From assembly GCA_038046645.1 (NCBI GenBank), contig JBBSVU010000006.1, positions 1-64,000 of the forward strand: a DNA stretch of 64,000 bases. The letters are read 5' to 3'. The DNA is from an archaeon (GTDB lineage Archaea; Iainarchaeota; Iainarchaeia; Iainarchaeales; 0-14-0-20-34-12). The notes below the pieces were generated by a model that did no database searches, was not told the DNA's origin, and was given only the letters and a program-made list of their open reading frames with translations. Every line of letters starts with the position of its first letter. Positions within the stretch are counted from its first letter, which is position 1. A program made the position numbers and the translations under genes. This document shows positions 57,315-64,000 of the stretch, piece after piece.

Positions 57315-58562
57315 TTACTCTGCAGCAATAATTCTTGTTTTATTGCCTTCTTTTACATTGCCTTTCTTAATCCCGACAAGGAAATCCACATTGGATTCTT
57401 CGCAAGTATCCAATAATCTCTTTGTTATGATTCCATCGAAGACAACAGCCTTAATCCCCTTTTCTTTAGTAATGCTTTTTACCAAATCGCGGACATTTAC
57501 TGTTTCTATTTCTTCATGTGCTGCATTTAGCAATTTTGCTGTCAGGCTTCCTTTTATTGAAGCCAGGATTGTTGGGAATTTGTCTGGCATTGGAGCTTCA
57601 ACAGCAGCTGCTGTTTCAACAACCGGTTCGGCTGCTTGCTCTGTTAACCCTTCTGCTGGTCTTTCAAAGCTCTCAGGCCTTTCAATCCTTTCAGGTCTTG
57701 GTTCATATGATGGCCTGTATTCCGCTTGCTCATATCTTTCCCTTGGATTTTGGGCAGCAGCGAATTTCTTTCTTAAGGCCATTTCTATTTCCTTCCTTGT
57801 TAATTCCTCTACTTCTTTGCCATCAGGTGCCCTAGCTATATAATCTATTTTTGCGGAACCCATCAATTTTCTGATTATTAAATCTCCGCCCCTGTCCCCA
57901 TCTATGAATGCTATCACTTGTTTCTTCTTTGCTAGTTCAGCAATGCTTGGTGGAATATTTCCGCCCTGCATCCCAACAACATTTTTGATGTTGTGCTTTA
58001 GCATGTTCAAGACATCAGCCCTTCCTTCAACCAAAATTATTGAATCGCTTTCTTCAATTGAAGGGCCAGCAGGCAGCTTATCTTTGCCATAACTTGTTAC
58101 TTGGCTTTTCTTTACTTCTTCCTTTACCCTATCTGCTATTTCAGTAGAGTCAGGCATTTCTTCATGCAATAATTTTTGCAATAAAGCAACAGCCCTTTGT
58201 GTAATAAATTCTCTCTTCTTTGACCTCATATCCTGTATGCTCACTGCCTTGAATACTGATTTGTAAGGCCCTACCTTATCAACAGTTTCAATTGCTGCTG
58301 CAAGTATGCATGTTTCAACCATGTCCATTGAACTTGGTATGATTAAATCACCAAAAGTATTGCCTTCCTGCAATCTTTGGTTTATTTCAATCCTTCCAAT
58401 CTTGCCAGAGTTTTGCAATTCCCTAAGGTCTAAATCCTCGCCAACAAGGCCTTCACTCTGACCAAATACTGCTCCAACAATATCGTGCTTTTCTACTATG
58501 CCCTCAATCCTGAAGTTTACCAAAACTTCATATTTGGCAGTATTAATATATGTTTTTGCCAT
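57315..58562 (-). CDS. dnaG: archaeal DnaG-like primase (exosome-associated)
   Basis: VGAVFGQSEGL, VEGRADV, DGDRGG and FDGIIT motifs. Confidence 0.95.
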   Translation of the reverse strand: MAKTYINTAKYEVLVNFRIEGIVEKHDIVGAVFGQSEGLVGEDLDLRELQNSGKIGRIEINQRLQEGNTFGDLIIPSSMDMVETCILAAAIETVDKVGPYKSVFKAVSIQDMRSKKREFITQRAVALLQKLLHEEMPDSTEIADRVKEEVKKSQVTSYGKDKLPAGPSIEESDSIILVEGRADVLNMLKHNIKNVVGMQGGNIPPSIAELAKKKQVIAFIDGDRGGDLIIRKLMGSAKIDYIARAPDGKEVEELTRKEIEMALRKKFAAAQNPRERYEQAEYRPSYEPRPERIERPESFERPAEGLTEQAAEPVVETAAAVEAPMPDKFPTILASIKGSLTAKLLNAAHEEIETVNVRDLVKSITKEKGIKAVVFDGIITKRLLDTCEESNVDFLVGIKKGNVKEGNKTRIIAAE

Positions 58563-58631
58563 AAATTCACCTTTTTTGTATATTATTCAAACTTTACTTC
58601 AGATAAAAAATTAATTTTACAAAAGTAAAAT

Positions 58632-58895
58632 TTATTCTAGAGAATTAGAGTTTAATTTTAAGGAATTTAACATATCCGCAGTACAATCAAGGCCAATGGC
58701 CTTGTTCTTGCTTGTTTTTCCTTTTAAAATCCTTACTTCACAATTACAAAGCTTCCGCAATTCCTTAACAAGCTCAAGATTTGCCTTGCCCTCTTCAGGC
58801 CTTGATTTCAGATGAATTTTAAATAAATCCTTATCAGAATCAAAGCAAATCCCAAAGCCTTTGCTGTTAGGAATCACTTTAGCGTTAATTATCAT
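58632..58895 (-). CDS. DUF167/YggU-family protein
   Basis: KVIPNS, PEEGKANLEL and GKTSKNK motifs. Confidence 0.85.
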   Translation of the reverse strand: MIINAKVIPNSKGFGICFDSDKDLFKIHLKSRPEEGKANLELVKELRKLCNCEVRILKGKTSKNKAIGLDCTADMLNSLKLNSNSLE

Positions 58896-59013
58896 AGATA
58901 TTAAGAATGATCAATTAAACTCTAAATCTTCCAATAAACATTACAGTGCTAGACACTGATTTATATATGTTTATAATTACTCCCTATTACATTCAATTAA
59001 AAAAGGTATTCTA

Positions 59014-59406
59014 ATGGCCTATTACGACAAAGGAGCTAATGCAGAAAGGGAATTGCTTTATTTATTTGCAGAAAGAGGCTTTTCCGTGGTTAGATCTGCA
59101 GGATCTGGCAAAATAGACCTTCCAACGCCAGATATAGTTGCAATGAGCCCCCGAAATCAGTATGCTATAGAATGCAAGGCACAAGCTGGTGCCTATTTGA
59201 ATATAAAGAATGAGCAGATGTTTGAGCTTATAAAATGGGCAAAGAATGCCTGCATTGACTTGTGTATTGCATGGAAGATTACAAGCAAGGGTTGGCGTTT
59301 CCTAAAGCCTGAACAATTCAAGCAGAACAAGAAAGGTTTTTTGATCTCAAAAGATGATGCTTTGGAAAACGGCCTTTCGCTGGAAGATTTTATCAGGCAG
59401 AACTAA
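59014..59406 (+). CDS. hjc: Holliday junction resolvase
   Basis: KGANAEREL, VVRSAGSG, PDIVA and IECK motifs. Confidence 0.93.
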   Translation: MAYYDKGANAERELLYLFAERGFSVVRSAGSGKIDLPTPDIVAMSPRNQYAIECKAQAGAYLNIKNEQMFELIKWAKNACIDLCIAWKITSKGWRFLKPEQFKQNKKGFLISKDDALENGLSLEDFIRQN

Positions 59407-59502
59407 CTTTGCAATTTCTCAGATGTGCTTAATCAGCCCTAATTTTTATGTGCTTGGTCTTCCCCCTTTACTTATAAAAATTGATTGATTCCCCTATTTT
59501 AT

Positions 59503-60441
59503 ATGCCAAACCTGAGGAGATTTTTTTCAGGGAAAAAGCCAAAATCTTTGCCGTCCGGCGTTTCAAAAAAAGACAGGCAGAGATATAAAAGCCTGAAAGG
59601 CAGAAGGATTCCAAAAAGACCTTCTGTGGGGGGGGCAAAATTGGAAAAAGGTCTTTCCCTGGCAACAAGAACAAAATTATTGGCCCCGAAGATTGAAGAA
59701 TTTCTGCGAGGAAAAACCAAAGGTAGGAATCTTCTTTATGCTGATACTCTTAGCTGGTCTCTTCGACGCGTTCTATTTACTATTTTTGAAACAGTTGGTG
59801 AAGGTTTGCCAAGGGAAGTTTTTGACAGATCATTACCTGAAATATTCGCTCAAGCCGTTAGGCAGAAAGGAATAAGGTCAATTGCTGAAGTAGGTGCAGG
59901 AGAAACAGGAATTTTGACCGAAGCAAATGATTTGCTTGGGAAATCTAGAGTAAAAAGATATTCTGTTGGTGGAATGTCTGATCGTGAAAAATCTGCTTGC
60001 CGAAGATTGGGCATTGAAGTTATTCCAGAATATGCGGGGGATTTATCTAGAAGACATAAAGGAAAATGTGATCTCATAGTCGCAAGCAATGTATTCAGTT
60101 TTGGTGGTTCAGATGCCGGAGTTGGTAGTAATTCAATGAATAGGGCTTTTCTACAAAATACTAAAGCAGTTGTTGATTTGATTAAAACTTTAAGCAATAA
60201 CCCAAATGCAAGGATTGTTTTGACAGAAGCAGAAGATTGTTTATTATTAGCTAGAAAAGAAATTGAGAGATATGCTAGAGTTGAAAGATGGCAACAAACA
60301 GATATGCCCAATGCACGTTATATTAGGGATCCTTTTTTCATAGAATTAAATGCAAGAAAAGCAGGCGGTCCTGCCCTTGCAAGAAAAATGAAAGAAGCAC
60401 CAAATATTGTTGTGCTTGCCCCACCACGTAAAATTCAATGA
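59503..60441 (+). CDS. hypothetical protein with a basic N-terminus and possible methyltransferase-like fold
   Basis: IAEVGAG and CDLIVASNVF resemble class I MTase motifs. Confidence 0.6.
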   Translation: MPNLRRFFSGKKPKSLPSGVSKKDRQRYKSLKGRRIPKRPSVGGAKLEKGLSLATRTKLLAPKIEEFLRGKTKGRNLLYADTLSWSLRRVLFTIFETVGEGLPREVFDRSLPEIFAQAVRQKGIRSIAEVGAGETGILTEANDLLGKSRVKRYSVGGMSDREKSACRRLGIEVIPEYAGDLSRRHKGKCDLIVASNVFSFGGSDAGVGSNSMNRAFLQNTKAVVDLIKTLSNNPNARIVLTEAEDCLLLARKEIERYARVERWQQTDMPNARYIRDPFFIELNARKAGGPALARKMKEAPNIVVLAPPRKIQ

Positions 60442-60526
60442 ATTTTAAATGGAAAGAAAAAATAAACCCAAGAGTTTACTAATTTCAGCAAGTTAAAATA
60501 AAAGCTATTTGTTACTAGTTTTTTAT

Positions 60527-60679
60527 ATGAACAAAATAAAATGTATTTGTGGAAAAGCAGCCAATCAAAAAGATTTCAATATCCAAGGTTTTCAAGTAAA
60601 AGGCTGGCAGTGCCCAAGTTGCAAAAGGATTGAATATTCAGATGATATAAATAAAGTTTTGGTTATTCAAAAAGCGTAG
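60527..60679 (+). CDS. 50-aa zinc-ribbon protein (YgiT/MqsA-type-like, possibly truncated)
   Basis: MNKIKCICGK...VKGWQCPSCKRIEY; not in the ORF track. Confidence 0.55.
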   Translation: MNKIKCICGKAANQKDFNIQGFQVKGWQCPSCKRIEYSDDINKVLVIQKA

Positions 60680-60789
60680 AAAATTATTGAATGTACTTTC
60701 TTAGCATCTATTTCTTTTTTAGCAATAGTTTCTTTTCTCTTGCAGACCTATTTTCTCTTTTCTTTTTTAAAGAAAAGAGAAAACGGTAA

Positions 60790-60892
60790 CGAGCCCGCTG
60801 GGATTCGAACCCAGGACACCCAGATTAAGAGTTTCACCTCATGTTATAATCAAATAACAGAACTGGTGCTCTGCCAACTGAGCTACGGGCCC
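60790..60892 (-). tRNA. tRNA-Lys(CTT) with a 30-nt intron at 30/31 (60833-60862)
   Basis: Spliced arm CCAGA-CTCTTAA-TCTGG; BHB helix CACC/GGTG with 3-nt bulges. Confidence 0.9.
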
Positions 60893-60936
60893 ATTGCACA
60901 AAATACCTTTTCTGGGTAGTGTTTAAAAATAGAACT

Positions 60937-61122
60937 TTAGTGCTTTGATTCCTTGTTCATTGCCTTTTCCTTTTCTTCCTCATCAAGCAAAGATTTCACT
61001 TTTTTCAGGCGTTCTATGGCTTCCTTAATTAAGACCCTTCTTCTTACGCTGTTTTCAGCCAAAGACCTTCTTTCCAATTCAACAATAATCTGCTCTAATT
61101 CAAGAAACATCATAGAAATCAA
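60937..61122 (-). CDS. small helical hypothetical protein
   Basis: Charged amphipathic ORF of about 58 aa. Confidence 0.55.
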   Translation of the reverse strand: MISMMFLELEQIIVELERRSLAENSVRRRVLIKEAIERLKKVKSLLDEEEKEKAMNKESKH

Positions 61123-61168
61123 TATCAGTATAATAAAACAGAACTTTTAAATAATCACTCTTTTGAAT

Positions 61169-61723
61169 CTAATGCAATAACAATCTCCTGCTTAATCTTG
61201 CAGTTTTGGCACCAACAGCTTCTTTTCTTTTTTTAAACTCGCTCACTTCTTTTGGTTTAAAATAGGATACATCGGTTCTGGCGTGTGCGGATAAATTATA
61301 GTCACCCTTTAAAACAATAATTCCTATTGAAGGAAAATTTTTTCTTAATCTCTCCATCGCTTCTGCACAACACCGCTCTTTATATAATCCTGCTAAAAGA
61401 ACCCTTGTTGGGGCAATTCCTAATTCAGCACAGCGAGCTTCCATATTTTTTGGCTCTTCTGTGCCGTGCAGCAAATGAAATCTTCCTTTTTCAATTCCCA
61501 TTCTTTTGAAAAAGCGGTCCATTCTTTTTTCTTGGTACTCATTAATAACTTCCCAAAAAACAGGCAAATTATGTTCTCCTGCAAACCTTAAAAGTTTTTC
61601 AATTTTCTTTAAATGGTTAAGGTCTTTAGCTTCGAGCGGGTGGTTAATTACCTCTGGTTCTGGTTTTTGTGAAGGGCTATGCACTATGTAAACAACAGGG
61701 CCTTTGTAATTTGCAGTTGTCAT
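61169..61723 (-). CDS. hypothetical protein, weak cysteine-hydrolase (isochorismatase)-like
   Basis: VLLAGLYKERCCAEA resembles the catalytic-Cys segment. Confidence 0.55.
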   Translation of the reverse strand: MTTANYKGPVVYIVHSPSQKPEPEVINHPLEAKDLNHLKKIEKLLRFAGEHNLPVFWEVINEYQEKRMDRFFKRMGIEKGRFHLLHGTEEPKNMEARCAELGIAPTRVLLAGLYKERCCAEAMERLRKNFPSIGIIVLKGDYNLSAHARTDVSYFKPKEVSEFKKRKEAVGAKTARLSRRLLLH

Positions 61724-61804
61724 ACTTGAATAAGCAGCATAAAATTAAAAAGAACCTTGATTTTCTGAAGTTCAAATTCAGTTGGATGAACTAAGTAAAA
61801 TATG

Positions 61805-62464
61805 TTACATCAAGGTAGCAACAAATAACAGTGTAATGCCGATAAGCGCCATTATTACTGTGACTATTATTGAATCCATAGTCATTGCCTGGCTGTTTGT
61901 AAAAAACATGTATAAAGCACCTAAGCAGAATATTAATCCAAGTGCTATTAATCCCAAGGAAATAAATTTATTTCTTGACCCTACTCCCTTAACCTTCATC
62001 TCTTCCATGTCTTTTTCAATTGTATTAATCCTTAAGCCTAATTCATTTAACGCATTTTTTGTCCTGTCTGTCAAATCTGTTACTGCTCGTATATTTTCGC
62101 CCATCTGCTGCTGGAATGTCTTGCTCTGCCCTGTAATATTCTTTTCATAATCTTCCAAGTCTTTCATTACCTCAGAACTCACTTTCTTTTTCATATCCTT
62201 GCTTACAACTTCAGATTGATCCTGCAAATATTTTATTATTTTTGGCTTTTCATTATCCATATCTGTTGAAACAATTTTGCTGATTTCATTTCTCAATAAT
62301 GCAAAGGTGTCTGCCTGCCCTAATAAAAGAAGCCTTTTTGCCTTTTCAGGCTCTACCCCCAAAGATTGCAATGTTTGTATTATTTTTTCTTCAGATTCCC
62401 CTTCCTTTACCATATCTTGGATTATTTGGATAATGCTTGACTCCTTTTGTTCTTTTGCAGCCAT
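61805..62464 (-). CDS. coiled-coil protein with two C-terminal TM helices
   Basis: Heptad-like body and hydrophobic C-terminus. Confidence 0.8.
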   Translation of the reverse strand: MAAKEQKESSIIQIIQDMVKEGESEEKIIQTLQSLGVEPEKAKRLLLLGQADTFALLRNEISKIVSTDMDNEKPKIIKYLQDQSEVVSKDMKKKVSSEVMKDLEDYEKNITGQSKTFQQQMGENIRAVTDLTDRTKNALNELGLRINTIEKDMEEMKVKGVGSRNKFISLGLIALGLIFCLGALYMFFTNSQAMTMDSIIVTVIMALIGITLLFVATLM

Positions 62465-63117
62465 TATTCAATCACCGTTTCTATTTTCAATTCCTTTATA
62501 GTATCTAGTACCTTTACTTTAAATATTATCTGTGCAGTTCCTTTTCCTATTGCTGTGAATTCAAATTCTTCAGTAACGCATTTCCCTTCTTCTTTAGTGA
62601 TTAACCTATCTAACGAGCCGTCATTATCAATATTTGAGTCATCAGCTTCCAGCAGTTTTTCATCAATGTTTATTTCAATCTCCCCTTCTTCCATTTCATC
62701 CGAGCATATTTCTAAGTATATTTTAAAATTCATCCCTGATTTAACCATCTTAGGGTAATTAGCGCTTAGGTTTAAAGGGATGCCAGCCTCCATTTTTATT
62801 ATGGCAGTGCTTACAGGCACATGCCAAGGGGCAGAAGCAGTTATTTTGGCAATATTTTTAGGCATATCAATTTCTTTCTTTTCTAACGGCTTTAACTCTT
62901 CAATAAAGCCTATTTTATTTCCTTTTTCGTCTAAAATATCAATGTTTTTTATCAAATGTGAGGTGGTGTTGCTGATGAATAATTTTTCCCCTGCTGAAGT
63001 AACTTCCCTGTCTAGTTTTAGCCCGCTATTAAAAAAAAGCAGAAGCAGAAAAATTGCTATGAATATGGCATAAATTATCCCGAAAAAAAAGATCACTCTT
63101 TTTTTATTCTCAAGCAT
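62464..63117 (-). CDS. membrane-anchored hypothetical protein
   Basis: N-terminal TM helix; stop overlaps the next start. Confidence 0.75.
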   Translation of the reverse strand: MLENKKRVIFFFGIIYAIFIAIFLLLLFFNSGLKLDREVTSAGEKLFISNTTSHLIKNIDILDEKGNKIGFIEELKPLEKKEIDMPKNIAKITASAPWHVPVSTAIIKMEAGIPLNLSANYPKMVKSGMNFKIYLEICSDEMEEGEIEINIDEKLLEADDSNIDNDGSLDRLITKEEGKCVTEEFEFTAIGKGTAQIIFKVKVLDTIKELKIETVIE

Positions 63118-63189
63118 ACTATGCTAATAGATATTCTTTTAATAAAGTTAACCGTGCAAATGAGAAATCTAAATTTTTTAAAAATATTT

Positions 63190-63666
63190 TTAGCAGTCAG
63201 CAGCATTTGCCAACTGTTTTAATGTATATTCTCCTTTCAATATCTGGCCATTTATTGCCCAAGTAGGATAGTCTGAAATATTTGCTTTTTCACATTCATT
63301 AGAAAGTTCTATGCCAGTAATACATTCGATATAATTAATGTGTACAAAAGCGCTTCCAAATGCTTCTTTCTGGCTTACCGTATGTTTACTCCAATTTGCG
63401 CCATATAATTTCGCATTCTTACTGCCTAAACACACTGCAATATCCGTATTTGCAATCTCTATTGTTTCAGGTGATTCTTCAAGTATATCTTCCTGAAATT
63501 CAGTTTGTGTTTTGTTGCTGCCAGCATCAAGCCATATTGCTGCCAATCCCCGTAATCCACTGCCGGCTAGGGGATTTGCCTTATTGGATAGGCTCATAAA
63601 TCCAAAAGCCACAATCAGCAAAACAAAAATCCAGAAGGCTTTGCTTAATACAAATCTCTCAAACAT
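63190..63666 (-). CDS. membrane-anchored thioredoxin-fold protein lacking CxxC
   Basis: AKLYGANWSKHT.SQKEAFG...YIEC...C...YPTW.ING. Confidence 0.75.
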   Translation of the reverse strand: MFERFVLSKAFWIFVLLIVAFGFMSLSNKANPLAGSGLRGLAAIWLDAGSNKTQTEFQEDILEESPETIEIANTDIAVCLGSKNAKLYGANWSKHTVSQKEAFGSAFVHINYIECITGIELSNECEKANISDYPTWAINGQILKGEYTLKQLANAADC

Positions 63667-63676
63667 GGTTTACTCA

Positions 63677-63997
63677 TTATATTAATTTGAGATTGCCAGT
63701 GATTTTATCTATATCTATCTCAGGCACAGGGCCTATGGCAAAGCAGGTCTTTGTCCCTGCAATAATTTGGGTTCTTCCAGCATCAGTAATTAGTGCTGGC
63801 ATTCCCTGAAACCTTTTCTTAACAGCTTCAAACATCTCAAGCAATTCCTTTTCGCTTCCAACCTTTAAAACAACCTTTTCTTGGCCAGAATTTTTCCAAG
63901 CATCAACCCATTCAGGCTCTTTATTCAATGCCTTTTCATATGCCCCCAAAGATGCATGCGAAGATTGCGCAGCTAATTTCCCTTTACCCATCTTCAA
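63677..63997 (-). CDS. pth2: peptidyl-tRNA hydrolase Pth2 (5' end outside the window)
   Basis: MGKGKLAAQ..HAS, KVVLK and DAGRTQI motifs. Confidence 0.95.
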   Translation of the reverse strand: MKMGKGKLAAQSSHASLGAYEKALNKEPEWVDAWKNSGQEKVVLKVGSEKELLEMFEAVKKRFQGMPALITDAGRTQIIAGTKTCFAIGPVPEIDIDKITGNLKLI

Positions 63998-64000
63998 ATC

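Noticed and set aside
1191..63599. Numerous short antisense or overlapping ORFs in the track (e.g. 2301-2636, 33789-34376, 36248-36886, 57343-57843)
   Set aside because: They lie on top of well-supported genes and show antisense-type composition with no motifs.

Overview
AT-rich archaeal chromosomal segment, most consistent with a DPANN lineage such as Iainarchaeota/Diapherotrites (inferred from gene content, not tested). Most of the window is housekeeping: aCPSF1, proteasome beta, Hel308, XerA, TFE, Trm56, SerRS, RadA, RPA, GGGP synthase, the S19e-L39e-L31e-aIF6-prefoldin-FtsY cluster, SRP54, SRP RNA, DnaG, Hjc and seven tRNAs, four of them with introns. Unusual items: (1) an identical 27-bp box immediately upstream of the TATA box of radA, of a small gene preceding hel308, and of a free-standing LAGLIDADG endonuclease that runs antisense into a two-intron tRNA-Val; (2) a bacterial-type long RelA/SpoT homologue with a degenerate hydrolase domain, near a CBS-HPF hibernation-factor-like gene; (3) a divergent sigma70-like protein with tandem N-terminal HTHs; (4) two paralogous cassettes, each a divergent regulator plus two small membrane proteins; (5) the 3' end of a tnpB with several related IS200/IS605-type miniature hairpin elements; (6) palindromic and periodic GTAAT motifs around an orphan gene pair near xerA. 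All calls come from reading motifs by eye; no searches were run.
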